Assembly (NCBI GenBank): GCA_030591685.1
Contig: JAUVAX010000009.1
Location: 1,900 to 65,899, forward strand
DNA: 64,000 bases
DNA from: Pseudobdellovibrionaceae bacterium
GTDB lineage: Bacteria; Bdellovibrionota; Bdellovibrionia; Bdellovibrionales; UBA1609
Direction of reading: 5' to 3'
The position numbers and the translations under genes are program-made. How positions within the stretch are numbered: the first letter of the stretch is position 1; each line of letters opens with the position of its first letter. Below, piece after piece: positions 28,367 to 38,670 of the stretch. Under the pieces are notes generated by a model. That model did no database searches. It was not told the DNA's origin and saw only the letters and a list, made by a program, of their open reading frames with translations.

Positions 28367-29286
28367 GCAGAAAAGTTAAAATTGTAGAGGTAGGTATTAG
28401 AGATGGCTTACAAAACGAGAATAAAATATTCTCGGTCTCTGACCGGTGGAAAATGATCAATGGCCTCACAGCCTCAGGGGTGCAACACATAGAGGTCGGG
28501 GCTTTTGTTTCTCCCCGCTGGGTCCCACAGATGCATGGGAGCTTGAGTTTAGGTAAAAAGGCTGTAAGTAAAAATAAAAGAGCTTCTAAAAAAATTAATT
28601 ACTCAGCCCTTGTGCCTAACGAGAGGGGCATGCAAGACGCTATTAAATCGGGCTTAAAAGAAATCTCAATATTTGGTGCCTGTACAGAGAGTTTTTCAAA
28701 AAAAAACATTAATTGCTCAATGAATGAGAGTTTTGAGCGATTTAAAAAAATCGTAATATTGGCTAAAAAAAATAAAATAAAGGTTCGCGGTTATTTAAGT
28801 ATGGCTTTTGGTTGTGCCTATGAGGGCCGGGTTTCTCAGGCCAAGGTGGTTCAGCTCGTTGAAAAAATGTTAGATTTAGGTGTATACGAGGTATCCCTAG
28901 GTGACACCATCGGTGTTGCCACCCCAAAACAGGTTCGTGGGCTATTAGATAAACTAAATTCAAAAGTAGCTTTTACAAAACTAGCAATGCACTTTCATGA
29001 TACGCGAGGGACGGCTCTTGCTAACGTGTTGGCGAGCTTAGATCAGGGCATTTATGCCTTTGATTCTAGTGTTGGAGGCCTTGGTGGGTGTCCCTATGCC
29101 GGGGGGGCCAGTAGCGGTAACTTAGCGACTGAGGATTTAGTATATATGCTTCATGGCATGGGTTTTAAGACAGGCATTAATTTAACAAAATTAATTGCCA
29201 CATATGGGTGGATACAAAAGCGCCTTGATCATTCATTACCCTCTCATGTGGGCCGAGCTGGAGAACCAAAAACTATTGGCATTTAA
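28363..29286 (+). CDS. liuE: Hydroxymethylglutaryl-CoA lyase
   Basis: VEVGIRDGLQNE and HFHDTRGTALAN motifs. GTGA overlap start. Confidence 0.9.
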   Translation: MSRKVKIVEVGIRDGLQNENKIFSVSDRWKMINGLTASGVQHIEVGAFVSPRWVPQMHGSLSLGKKAVSKNKRASKKINYSALVPNERGMQDAIKSGLKEISIFGACTESFSKKNINCSMNESFERFKKIVILAKKNKIKVRGYLSMAFGCAYEGRVSQAKVVQLVEKMLDLGVYEVSLGDTIGVATPKQVRGLLDKLNSKVAFTKLAMHFHDTRGTALANVLASLDQGIYAFDSSVGGLGGCPYAGGASSGNLATEDLVYMLHGMGFKTGINLTKLIATYGWIQKRLDHSLPSHVGRAGEPKTIGI

Positions 29287-29303
29287 ATTGCTTTAAAAAC
29301 AGC

Positions 29304-30800
29304 ATGAAGTGGAAGTTTTTAGCCATAACCTCTGTGTTTTCTTTGATGCTCCTCAGCTGGGCATTAGACACTTTTTTACAACCTCATCACTGTATTAATT
29401 CCAATACAGTTAGTTATTTTGTACAAATAGCCCCAAAGGCAAAACTCGAATATTCTTTGGCGAATGGTCACTACAAAGGCTTAAAAAGAACAACAATCCC
29501 TAGTTGTAATGTGAACCCTTACTTTAAATTCTCCTCTTTAGGCGAAGAGTATAAGTATCAAAAGTACACTAGGGCCCTAGAGCAGCTAGAGGATTTAGCA
29601 ACGGTTTTGATCCCGGTGAAAAATAAAATACAAATTGTTATCAGGCAGGATCAAAAAAACACAGTCGAACTATCGCCCACTAAAGTTGAACTGGGGTTAG
29701 ATGTCGCCAGTGAAAGAAACATTCAGCAAGCAGTCCTTGAGGCGTGGATGGGTCAAAGCTATAAGGGGCTAGATGCCTTTTACATAAGCCTTTTTAGTGA
29801 GTTTTTAATTACTGTTATTAGGGGGGAGTACTCTGATAAAACAGTGCCGTCAGGGGACATTTCAAAAGGGTATCTCATGCTCACAGGGACTGGTTTAAGC
29901 GACCACTGTGAGTCTCAAACTGTTAGTTTGAGACTTTTGCCTTTATGCAAAAACCCCATACTATCAAAAGTTATTTTAAATAAACTTAGGCGGGGTTCTG
30001 TAGCGACTGATGTTCTTAAGGCTTATCTCGTAAAATTTATGTGGCAGGCCTTTGAGCAGTTAAGTTTAAAGCAAAAAACTGAAGCCTTAAGCGTTTTTAA
30101 ATCAAAATCTCTATTAGATTATTTTAATAAGCCTCTGCCTCCAACGATTAAACAGGCTCAAGTAAATTATTTTTATAATAAAAACCTAGAGGCACTGACA
30201 AATTTACTTTCTCTAAGGCATACTTTTAAGCCACTTCTGATGGCTTCAAAAAACAAAGTTGATGTTTTAATCAAAGATCTAAATCCATTAAGTTTTGCCT
30301 CAGAGTATAAGAGTTTATTTAGTGAATCAGAAAACAATAAATCAAAAAACTTCTTATTATTTAAGGGCCGAAATATTTATGGTTCAAATAGTACTTTAAA
30401 ATCTTTAGAGTTTAATAAAATCAAAGCAAAAAACTTAGTGATTGTTTCTTGTTTAGAGCCCGTAGCTAGTGAGGTTGTTAAATACGCTTACCAGTCGAGC
30501 CGTTTACTTTATATTAAAAGCTGCGACAAAGTGAGAGACATAAAGTGGTCCAATCTTTTTAAACGAAACCCCGAGGCTTTTTTCGCGGAGAACAAGGGCT
30601 TAATTTTTTATTACTTTCATTTACCCTCTTTAAAAGTGGCACTAAAGTATGGGGACCTAAAACCTAAGGATAATGATTGGAGCCAGCTCTTGGGCTGGGG
30701 TGGTCAAGCCGTAGACCCAAAAACAAACCTTATTCGCCCTAAGGGTGTTATAGATGCCATAACTGTCTTTAGAAGTTCCCCCATTGAAGGTTCAATTTAA
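29304..30800 (+). CDS. Hypothetical exported protein (498 aa)
   Basis: Signal peptide MKWKFLAITSVFSLMLLSWA. No recognisable domain. It starts 17 nt after the lyase stop. Confidence 0.55.
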   Translation: MKWKFLAITSVFSLMLLSWALDTFLQPHHCINSNTVSYFVQIAPKAKLEYSLANGHYKGLKRTTIPSCNVNPYFKFSSLGEEYKYQKYTRALEQLEDLATVLIPVKNKIQIVIRQDQKNTVELSPTKVELGLDVASERNIQQAVLEAWMGQSYKGLDAFYISLFSEFLITVIRGEYSDKTVPSGDISKGYLMLTGTGLSDHCESQTVSLRLLPLCKNPILSKVILNKLRRGSVATDVLKAYLVKFMWQAFEQLSLKQKTEALSVFKSKSLLDYFNKPLPPTIKQAQVNYFYNKNLEALTNLLSLRHTFKPLLMASKNKVDVLIKDLNPLSFASEYKSLFSESENNKSKNFLLFKGRNIYGSNSTLKSLEFNKIKAKNLVIVSCLEPVASEVVKYAYQSSRLLYIKSCDKVRDIKWSNLFKRNPEAFFAENKGLIFYYFHLPSLKVALKYGDLKPKDNDWSQLLGWGGQAVDPKTNLIRPKGVIDAITVFRSSPIEGSI

Positions 30801-30853
30801 ATTATATCAATTCGTATAGATACAAACTTCAAATCTTATGGTTAAATAAATAA

Positions 30854-31429
30854 ATGAATTATATTAATCTATTTAAGGCATCTCTGAACCAGCATAAAAA
30901 AGACAAGTGGCCTTTGATGTTTTCAGAATTAGTATTCGAAGAAAAAACCAGAGGAACAATGTTAAGTCGATGCGTAGGAATTCATTTGACCTTAAGTTTT
31001 GATTTAAATGGTGACGATTTAGACATGCTAAAAATTATTGAATCGATCCCCTATAAACGACTCAACTCAACAGATCCCTTTCCTGAGAAAGGAACTGATT
31101 TTCAGTTATATTTTAATTCCCCTGGTCATAAGTTAGCCTTTGGATACCACAACAAGCGTCGAGATATTAGCATACACAAAGAGGCTCGCTACTACCTGAC
31201 TGCTTCACGTTCGTTCGACCTTGAAATCTATAATTCGTCTGAGCCTGGGGATGATTCAGGAGAAATTGACGCCACTATGGCCATTATTACTGGAATAATT
31301 TCTGATTTCCCCAGTGGAAAGGTTACGCTAGACCTTGGCCTAACTCCGAGTTATGACCTTCATGGCTCTCTTCCGGGCGTACAATATTGTGATAAAGAGG
31401 CCATCTTGTTTTTAACAGATAATCTTTAA
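30854..31429 (+). CDS. Hypothetical cytoplasmic protein (191 aa)
   Basis: A clean ORF with no signal peptide and no recognisable motif. Confidence 0.5.
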   Translation: MNYINLFKASLNQHKKDKWPLMFSELVFEEKTRGTMLSRCVGIHLTLSFDLNGDDLDMLKIIESIPYKRLNSTDPFPEKGTDFQLYFNSPGHKLAFGYHNKRRDISIHKEARYYLTASRSFDLEIYNSSEPGDDSGEIDATMAIITGIISDFPSGKVTLDLGLTPSYDLHGSLPGVQYCDKEAILFLTDNL

Positions 31430-31649
31430 ATTAAAACCCAAGAGCATGCCCATCATAGACATAAATAATTATAAAAGCAGCCACGAAAGAGCCTCAGTAA
31501 TCTTGATAAAATATTAAACTCTATTAGTAGTGCTCAGGTTGTTATGTTTGCCTATGCTAAACAAGATTTTGTATTCTCGACAAATGTCGGGGTTTGTTTT
31601 TTATTAAGTAAGTGTTGAACAATTGATTGTCTAATTCCGATATTACATT

Positions 31650-33233
31650 ATGAGAATAATTTTACTGGTTTTTTTTATTATTATAATTGGTATTGATAAA
31701 TCACAAGCTTCAGGTGAGTATGATGAACCACGACTTTGCCGAGTTAAAGCTACAAGTGACATTACGAACTCTGTTGGTAAAAAAATAGGGACTCTAGACC
31801 CCCAAGAAATTATTCTGTGTGACTTTACTGCGTCACATGGTAACTCAAATAATATAAGCCTCTCATTTTACACACTTAACGTAAATAATGGAAAAAAAAC
31901 GGCTTTAGGCAACGCACAGGCTAATTTTGATAAGCGAGCACTGGAAAAATTAAATTTTAATAAATGGTCTCACGAAAAGCACTCAGAATATGACTACGTT
32001 AAGCCAATGAACATAGTGCTTTCAACTGTAACCCCGGTTGGTAATGATGGTCACAAGGTGAGTCCAACAAAATGTCATATGCCCGCCGATGGACAAAAAA
32101 AATGTTTTAATATGTCAGACAAAAAGCACCCGCCAGTACTCAGACCCTTAGGTATGAAGCTTGTAAGCACAGATGGTCGAGACTACGAAGCTATTTATAA
32201 GGTCAATTCAGAATTTGAAAGTGATGGTGAAGTTTTTTCTGATTACGAACACTGGGTGAAGGGTGATTTAAAAGAGGCATCACTGCTGCACACAGAGTAT
32301 GACGCCGAGTCTCCATCTAACGGTAAGATTTGTGATGAAACCTCAGTAGTAGAGTTAAAAAAAATATTAAACCTAACCACCGAAAGTCTCCGTGATAAGG
32401 AGCAAGCAAATATTAATTTTTTGTATAAACAATTAGGCCCGTTCCTAGGTCATTGTATTAAGGATAATAGAGGTAAAAAACCCCTTGCAGCCATTAATAG
32501 TTATTGGGATAAACAGGGGAAAGTATATGAGTCACAAAACAAAAAGGGACGAGCCTTTTTAAAAGACCTTGCTCGTGATGACGTAAGGGCTGTAGATACC
32601 ATTGCTCGTAGTTTGTGCGGTGAAATGAGAGGTACAGATATAACTCACATGCGTGGAGTAGCTAGAGCTCTATATAACAGAGCACTGTTTGTTAAAATAT
32701 ATAATAGTGATAAAGAGAAGTGGATTCAAACTCAAGGTTTTGTTGCTAACGCGAGCCTTGTGAAAGAGTTAAAAAATGGTAAAGGCAGTGTGGCTGATTA
32801 TTTACCCCACGTTGCTGTGAACTCATCGCAAATTGATACTTGGAAAAAGAAGGATGCTAATTATAAATACTCAATGTGCCCTAAGCAGGCCGAACCAAAC
32901 AGTGAAGAGGCCTGGAAGAGGTGTGTTTTTGTGGCCAGTGAAGTTCTTTTTGATAACGAAAAGTTTTTAGAGAAAACAAAGCAAATCACATCTTTTCACT
33001 ATACTTCTGGTAAGGCTAAAATTTATGGCCTTACAAAGTCACTTGGTAGCTCACTATATATTGGAGGGCAAGCGGTAAGCTCCAGAAAAACAAATTTTTG
33101 GTGGCCAAACCCTAAAGATAAATCATTGATTCAGTTTTTAAAAAAAAGGCCTAATCCTAAGAGCTGGCGTTGGACAGAAAATAATTCAGTGATTGAGCAA
33201 CTTCACTTTGTTGCTGTCGTCGACAAAAACTAA
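31650..33233 (+). CDS. Exported protein with a C-terminal SleB/CwlJ-like cell-wall hydrolase (Hydrolase_2-like) region
   Basis: Signal peptide MRIILLVFFIIIIGIDKSQA. The stretch ARSLCGEMRG......GVARALYNRA resembles the Hydrolase_2 motif A.tiyGEArgE...g..AVA.Vi.NR. The N-terminal ~300 aa were not recognised. Confidence 0.5.
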   Translation: MRIILLVFFIIIIGIDKSQASGEYDEPRLCRVKATSDITNSVGKKIGTLDPQEIILCDFTASHGNSNNISLSFYTLNVNNGKKTALGNAQANFDKRALEKLNFNKWSHEKHSEYDYVKPMNIVLSTVTPVGNDGHKVSPTKCHMPADGQKKCFNMSDKKHPPVLRPLGMKLVSTDGRDYEAIYKVNSEFESDGEVFSDYEHWVKGDLKEASLLHTEYDAESPSNGKICDETSVVELKKILNLTTESLRDKEQANINFLYKQLGPFLGHCIKDNRGKKPLAAINSYWDKQGKVYESQNKKGRAFLKDLARDDVRAVDTIARSLCGEMRGTDITHMRGVARALYNRALFVKIYNSDKEKWIQTQGFVANASLVKELKNGKGSVADYLPHVAVNSSQIDTWKKKDANYKYSMCPKQAEPNSEEAWKRCVFVASEVLFDNEKFLEKTKQITSFHYTSGKAKIYGLTKSLGSSLYIGGQAVSSRKTNFWWPNPKDKSLIQFLKKRPNPKSWRWTENNSVIEQLHFVAVVDKN

Positions 33234-33539
33234 ATCAGGGCTATGGCTTGTGGCTTCGGCCTCACTAAACTGGGCAAAACAGGCAATAATAACTTTATCA
33301 CCTTTATGAACATGTCTTGCGGCGGCACCATTGAGGCAAATCTCACCAGGCTTTCCGTAGATGACATAGGTGCTAAACCTCGCCCCGTTGTTACAGTTAT
33401 AAATTTCAACTTTTTCAAACTTTATGATTTTTGCAATATCACAAAGGGATGGGTCTATGCTAATGGACCCTTCGTAGTTAAGGTCCGCATCAGTAACAGT
33501 CGCTCTATGAATTTTAGATTTAAGCAGTGTGAGGTCCAT
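33186..33539 (-). CDS. panD: Aspartate 1-decarboxylase proenzyme
   Basis: MDLTLLKSKIHRATVTDADLNYEGSISID contains the Gly-Ser self-cleavage site. AGGAG lies upstream. Confidence 0.9.
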   Translation of the reverse strand: MDLTLLKSKIHRATVTDADLNYEGSISIDPSLCDIAKIIKFEKVEIYNCNNGARFSTYVIYGKPGEICLNGAAARHVHKGDKVIIACFAQFSEAEATSHSPDLVFVDDSNKVKLLNH

Positions 33540-33553
33540 TTTTTTACTCCTAA

Positions 33554-34324
33554 TTATGTGTTAAGCTTTAAAGATAAAAATAGACCCTTAAGTGCTAAGT
33601 AAGGGTCTTCAAAGTTAAATAAGTTCTCCTCTTTAAATAGTTTAGCAAAACCACCGGTGCCAATAACAGTAGTTTTTTCGTTGTTAAACTCTTCAAGTAT
33701 TACGCGGGAGGTGATTTCTTTTACCATTCCGACGCTTGCATAATAAAGCCCCGACTGTATTCCCTCAACAGTAGAGCGACCGATGGCTCTTTTAGGCACT
33801 ATGATTTCAACCGATGGGAGGTTGGAGGTTCTTAACTCCAGGGCCTCCATTGAAATCCTCATGCCGGCGTGAATGATGCCACCTAAATACTCCTTATTCT
33901 TGTTAAGAGCACAAAATGTTGTTGCTGTGCCAAAATCAATGATAATGATATTTTGGTTAGGGTGTTGGTGAGTGGCCGCAATGGCATTGGCGATGCGGTC
34001 TGAACCCACCTCAAGTGGGTTTCGGTACTTAATTTTTAACCCCGTTTTTGCACCGGCCTGTAAAAAAAAGGGACTGATATTAAAATATTTTTGGCAGGCT
34101 CCTGTAATTGAGTGCACGGCCTCTGGAACCACCGAGCAAATGGCGATTTTTGAAATACCCTCAGGTGAAAAACCGTTCTCTCGAAGTACGGATTTTAAAA
34201 ACAAACCAAACTCATCTGATGAAGAACCAGATTTAGAGGTTTTACGAAACTGAAACTTTAAATTATCAGCTTCAAAAATCCCTCCGTGAATTTGTGTATT
34301 ACCCACATCAAGACACAAAATCAT
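33554..34324 (-). CDS. coaX: Type III pantothenate kinase
   Basis: N-terminal [14 protein letters not shown] phosphate-1 motif. 256 aa. Confidence 0.9.
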   Translation of the reverse strand: MILCLDVGNTQIHGGIFEADNLKFQFRKTSKSGSSSDEFGLFLKSVLRENGFSPEGISKIAICSVVPEAVHSITGACQKYFNISPFFLQAGAKTGLKIKYRNPLEVGSDRIANAIAATHQHPNQNIIIIDFGTATTFCALNKNKEYLGGIIHAGMRISMEALELRTSNLPSVEIIVPKRAIGRSTVEGIQSGLYYASVGMVKEITSRVILEEFNNEKTTVIGTGGFAKLFKEENLFNFEDPYLALKGLFLSLKLNT

Positions 34325-35574
34325 AAATTCACCTCATTTAAAGGGTTGGGCTCAAGTGCCGTGCTGTTAAAAATATCTAACAGGGAAAAAGAGAGGTCAT
34401 TTTTTGTGGTGCCTGTGTTTACAATGTTCAGGTTTCTATTAAAAACGGTGAATTCATGTAAAGGGCCATTAATATGATTTAAATCATTATGGACCACAAA
34501 ATCTGCAGGGGAATTTTTAAAAAGATCGTCCACCTTTTTTTTTGCTTCAATATTATTTAAATTTTGAGTGAGTTTAAAGCCACAAAGTATAAGTTTTTTA
34601 TTTTTAGAATAGGACTTTAATAAATTAATAAGCTTTGGGTTTCTCGTAAGATTAATGCTCATGCTAGAGTTTAGGGACGAGAGCTTTACGCTTTCATCAG
34701 GCTCAACAGTGTTATTGTCAATACTTAGAGATTCGACTTTAAAATCACTTACGGCCGCGGCATGTATAAGGCCATCATAATGAGTATTTTCAAGCTCAGA
34801 GCGCAAAACTCGTTGAAGGCTTTCGTAGTTTGAAAACTCAACAACCTTGGACTTAAGGGGCGGGGTAATGGCCGCTGTCACAGACTTTACAAGAGTTACC
34901 TGGTGACCATGTTTGATAAATTCTGAGGCGATAAGGTTTGCAGTATTTCCCGAGCTAAAGTTAGTAATAGACCGGACCCCATCAATGGCCTCAATGGTCC
35001 CACCACAAGTAATGAGTATTTTTTTTAAAGGCTTTGGTTTTAAAAATGAAAGTATGTGCTTAATCGTTATCAGGGGTGAGAGTAGCTTGCCTTCACCAAT
35101 CTCACCACAGGCAAGGGTTCCAGATTCTGTGGGTAGTATAAAAACACCTTGTTCACCTAAACTCTTAAGGCTTTTTACCACCGCATGGTGTGTGAGCATT
35201 TTAGTATTCATAGCAGGCGCAATAAGCAGTGGTGTATTTTGGGGTAGAGCGAGGTAAAGGGAGCCGATGAGGTTTGAGGCCCCCCCAAAAGCCAATGTGT
35301 TAATGGTGTTTGCGGTGGCCGGGTATATAAGGCTCAGGTCACACCAGTTGGCTAAGTCTATGTGGGCCATCATTTGGCCGGGTTTAAAGGTTTCGGTGAG
35401 TACTCGGCGCCCGGTCAGCCCCTCAAAAGTAGCCTCCCCCGCAAATTTTAAAGCATTGTTGCTGGCCACCACTTGAACCTCGTGACCCAACTGTATGAGT
35501 TGCGAAGTCAGCTCGCAGGCTTTATAGCAGGCAATAGAGCCTGTGATGTTTAAAAGTATCTTATAGCTCGACAT
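34321..35574 (-). CDS. coaBC: Bifunctional phosphopantothenoylcysteine decarboxylase / phosphopantothenate-cysteine ligase
   Basis: N-terminal flavoprotein motif [11 protein letters not shown]-terminal [22 protein letters not shown]. Confidence 0.9.
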   Translation of the reverse strand: MSSYKILLNITGSIACYKACELTSQLIQLGHEVQVVASNNALKFAGEATFEGLTGRRVLTETFKPGQMMAHIDLANWCDLSLIYPATANTINTLAFGGASNLIGSLYLALPQNTPLLIAPAMNTKMLTHHAVVKSLKSLGEQGVFILPTESGTLACGEIGEGKLLSPLITIKHILSFLKPKPLKKILITCGGTIEAIDGVRSITNFSSGNTANLIASEFIKHGHQVTLVKSVTAAITPPLKSKVVEFSNYESLQRVLRSELENTHYDGLIHAAAVSDFKVESLSIDNNTVEPDESVKLSSLNSSMSINLTRNPKLINLLKSYSKNKKLILCGFKLTQNLNNIEAKKKVDDLFKNSPADFVVHNDLNHINGPLHEFTVFNRNLNIVNTGTTKNDLSFSLLDIFNSTALEPNPLNEVNL

Positions 35575-36313
35575 TATCTATTAACCTCACATCCCCTAAG
35601 CTGGCGGCCACAAAGCGGCGATTAAAATGCTCTTCAAGGTAATCTAGTTTAAATCCCAGTTTTCGTAACGAGAGTTTTGTTTGCTCAGAGCTTTGGGTTT
35701 TAGAAATTTGCTCAAACAATTGAGCTGCGAGTTTTCGCTGCTCTTTTGTGAGTTTTTTATTTCGAGAGCTCATGGCCAGCCCATCAGCCTCCCTAATTGT
35801 TTTAATAGGTATAATTTTAGTCTTTATAAAAAAAGCTTCAACCATGCCCCTGATGAGCTGCAGTTGCTGATAGTCCTTTTCACCAAAGTAGGCCCTGTCA
35901 GCTTGGGTGATTAATAAAAGCTTGAGGACTACAGTTAAGACCCCATCAAAGTGCCCCAGCCTATGTGACCCGCAAAGAGTTGAACTAAAATCGCTCTCAG
36001 TGACTTTATAACAGTATTTATCTGGATACATTTGCTCATATGTGGGGGTTAAAAGAGCAGTGACCCCAATAGCTTTTAGTTTTTCAATGTCACTCTCAAG
36101 TGAGCTTGGATAGGTTTTTAAATCAGACTTGTTATTAAACTGAGTGGGGTTGACGTAAATGCTCACAACCGTTTTGTCGTTTTGTAAGAGTGACTCTTTG
36201 ACCAGTAAAAGATGCCCGTCATGTAGTGCCCCCATTGTGGGCACAAACCCAAGTGTACCGGTGAGTGATTTACGAAAACTTTGCCACTGAGGCATGTCTT
36301 TAAATATAGTCAT
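35561..36313 (-). CDS. panC: Pantoate-beta-alanine ligase
   Basis: PTMGALHDGHL (HxGH nucleotidyltransferase motif). 250 aa. Confidence 0.9.
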   Translation of the reverse strand: MTIFKDMPQWQSFRKSLTGTLGFVPTMGALHDGHLLLVKESLLQNDKTVVSIYVNPTQFNNKSDLKTYPSSLESDIEKLKAIGVTALLTPTYEQMYPDKYCYKVTESDFSSTLCGSHRLGHFDGVLTVVLKLLLITQADRAYFGEKDYQQLQLIRGMVEAFFIKTKIIPIKTIREADGLAMSSRNKKLTKEQRKLAAQLFEQISKTQSSEQTKLSLRKLGFKLDYLEEHFNRRFVAASLGDVRLIDNVEL

Positions 36314-37101
36314 GCTTCGTAGCTTTCATTGACGGTGGGGAAGGTGAGTTGTTTCACTTCTGAGTCAAACTGGTTAAAAGCATTAATAAATAACTCACCA
36401 CCGTTTAAAAAAGAGCGCACAAATTTAGGCTTAAACTCAGTGTTAAGTCCTAGTAAGTCTTGTAATACGAGCACCTGTCCGTCTGTATGGGCTCCAGCCC
36501 CAATGCCAATGGTGGGGATTTGTAGTTTTTCAGTGATCTCCTCTGCTAGCTGCGCAGGGACGGCCTCTAAGACAAGGCTAAAGCAACCGGCCTGTTCAAG
36601 CTCGAGTGCATGCTCAATTAATTTTTTAGCAGCAGAACCGCGACCCTGGACCCTAAACCCACCAAGCTGGTGCACAGACTGAGGAGTTAACCCTAGGTGA
36701 CCCATCACTGGTACGCCTGACTGTACAACGTGTTTAATAAAGTCAATGTTCCCGGTAGCGCCTTCAAGTTTTAGGGCATGGCTGCCTGCGTGCATTAGCT
36801 TTTCAACGCAATTCATGTTTTCAGTAAGGTTTTTACGATAAGATAAAAAGGGCATGTCACCCACTATAAACTTATCAGGGGCCCCCTTTTTTACACTTGA
36901 AATGTGCAGGGCCATTATATCAGTCGTTGCAGGGATTGTAGAGTCAGCCCCAAGCATTGTCATCGCAAGGCTATCGCCCACAAGTATACAATCAACATTA
37001 GATTTATTAACAAGCACAGCACTTGTATAATCATAACAGGTGATCATGCTGATTTTTTTATTTTTCTTTTTTGAATCAAAAAAATCTAAAATTGTTTTCA
37101 T
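36310..37101 (-). CDS. panB: 3-methyl-2-oxobutanoate hydroxymethyltransferase
   Basis: MITCYDYTSA and LVGDSLAMTMLG motifs. 263 aa. Confidence 0.9.
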   Translation of the reverse strand: MKTILDFFDSKKKNKKISMITCYDYTSAVLVNKSNVDCILVGDSLAMTMLGADSTIPATTDIMALHISSVKKGAPDKFIVGDMPFLSYRKNLTENMNCVEKLMHAGSHALKLEGATGNIDFIKHVVQSGVPVMGHLGLTPQSVHQLGGFRVQGRGSAAKKLIEHALELEQAGCFSLVLEAVPAQLAEEITEKLQIPTIGIGAGAHTDGQVLVLQDLLGLNTEFKPKFVRSFLNGGELFINAFNQFDSEVKQLTFPTVNESYEA

Positions 37102-37880
37102 AATAAGTCCTCAGTGCATTTTTGAGCTTGATGGTTTGTTTGAGAGAGCTTTAAAAAGCTTTCATAAATAGGCTTTAAGTTGTTTTTATCTAAGGCCTTT
37201 AGGTTAGACACAATGGTGCTTATATCGTTACGCTGTAGGGGGCCCGTTAGCGCGGTGGTTTTATCGGTGATAACGTTAATAAATATACGCTCCAAATAAG
37301 GGTAGAGCACAGAGCTTGGTAAGTTTAACTTGTCTTCAAATTGATTGAGCACATTGCAAAGAAGAACAGAGGTTAAATTACCACTAGCGACACAAAGAGC
37401 ATGGTAGAGGGGCCTCTGTTCGGGGGTAATCATAAAGTTTTTATTAGGCCATTGGGGCAAGAGGGTTTCAAATTTAGGGCCACCCCTTTCAAGAATAAAA
37501 GGGGTCCTTTTGTAATCATCAAGGTCATAAAGCTTAGGGGTAAAAGTCATAAGTGGGTGGGTACAGTGGGCATATTGGCTTTTAAGGGCCCCAGAAAAAT
37601 GAACCAACACCTTTTTATTTAAAAGGTCATAGTGCTCTTTGATAAAGGTGTCTATTTTAGAGTCAGTGATTAAAATTAAAACATGTGAACACTTGCTAAG
37701 AGTAAGTGCTAGTCGTTTTTTGAGGTCAGGCTCATTAAATGAGTTGGGGGCGGTGAGTTTTCGACTAAAATTTTCAAAGGGGATCTTTAAAAGATTAAGG
37801 TACTCATGCATGTGAGTTGCGACTCGGCCTGAGCCCACAACGGCATATTTAGTAAATTTAATTGGGGGTACCTGTCTCAC
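37098..37880 (-). CDS. Rossmann-fold oxidoreductase, DUF2520-like. Candidate PanG-type ketopantoate reductase by context.
   Basis: N-terminal YAVVGSGRVATH (GxGxxA). 260 aa. It is the first gene of the pan/coa operon, with a 4-nt overlap onto panB. The family assignment is from memory of the DUF2520 architecture. Confidence 0.5.
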   Translation of the reverse strand: MRQVPPIKFTKYAVVGSGRVATHMHEYLNLLKIPFENFSRKLTAPNSFNEPDLKKRLALTLSKCSHVLILITDSKIDTFIKEHYDLLNKKVLVHFSGALKSQYAHCTHPLMTFTPKLYDLDDYKRTPFILERGGPKFETLLPQWPNKNFMITPEQRPLYHALCVASGNLTSVLLCNVLNQFEDKLNLPSSVLYPYLERIFINVITDKTTALTGPLQRNDISTIVSNLKALDKNNLKPIYESFLKLSQTNHQAQKCTEDLL

Positions 37881-38133
37881 CGATCAAGTCCTTAAGTTTA
37901 ATTAATAAATTAAAATCACAGAGGGTCACCTTTAGAGTAAATCTAATAAATGCCCATAAAACTTTAATACCATAAATCAGCTCATTTAAAGAAGAAATCA
38001 GCATTGTTTTTGCACTGCATATAAGCTGAATGACCACTGATTGCTACTGTGCAGTGCCTCTAAGCCGCTTGATCGAGTGTGAGCTTTTAATATTAGCTGT
38101 GAGCCCTACTTAATAAGGGGTTTTAAGTTAGGT

Positions 38134-38670
38134 TTAAAGAGAGTGTGAGCCGGATTTTTTATAATTAAGGGTTTGTATCATAACGAGGTCCTCATTTTTA
38201 AAAAGTCGCCCTGTAACCATTACGGTTTCGTTAAAAAACTGACTTGAGGTGACGTATAATAATTCACTAGATATATTTTCAACAGTGAGTAGTTCAAAAC
38301 CATCAAACAGACCATAAAATGAGGGGGTTTTGCTATTGGGGTGATTTACAAACACATATCTTCTAAAGGAGCCTTTACAAGAGGGTGTTATCTTTGAGCT
38401 CATCCAATATTTAAATGAATGCTTCTGGGGCGGGTTATTTTTGCCTTTATAATAGATCCATTGAGTTTCATTAATTTTAAGCTGACCGCTTTCGATTGTT
38501 GAGAGTGTAAAGGCCCTTATACTGATCTTTTTCTTCTGTGTGGTGTATTCACGAGTGCCTTCGGCCACCCATTCGCCCTTCATTTTGTGTAATAACTCGA
38601 GCTTATCAGGGCAGCTGGCAAAGCTATGGGTGCTTACAAGGGTCAATAGGGCTATAAAAAAAGTTTTCAA
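38134..38670 (-). CDS. Hypothetical exported protein (178 aa), probably a beta-rich barrel
   Basis: Signal peptide MKTFFIALLTLVSTHSFA. No catalytic motif. Confidence 0.5.
   Translation of the reverse strand: MKTFFIALLTLVSTHSFASCPDKLELLHKMKGEWVAEGTREYTTQKKKISIRAFTLSTIESGQLKINETQWIYYKGKNNPPQKHSFKYWMSSKITPSCKGSFRRYVFVNHPNSKTPSFYGLFDGFELLTVENISSELLYVTSSQFFNETVMVTGRLFKNEDLVMIQTLNYKKSGSHSL

Noticed and set aside
33243-33602. 119-aa plus-strand ORF, and similar antisense ORFs (34913..35257, 35267..35476, 36329..36682, 37401..37622)
   Set aside because: These are shadow ORFs opposite the well-supported panD, coaBC, panB and reductase genes. They have no motifs, and their composition is typical of antisense frames.
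38012-38057. Hairpin GCACTGCA...TGCAGTGC with a 30-nt loop between the 178-aa gene and the pan operon
   Set aside because: It is not a credible intrinsic terminator. The T-run lies on the wrong side for the minus-strand gene and is absent for the plus strand. The large loop makes any function unsupported.
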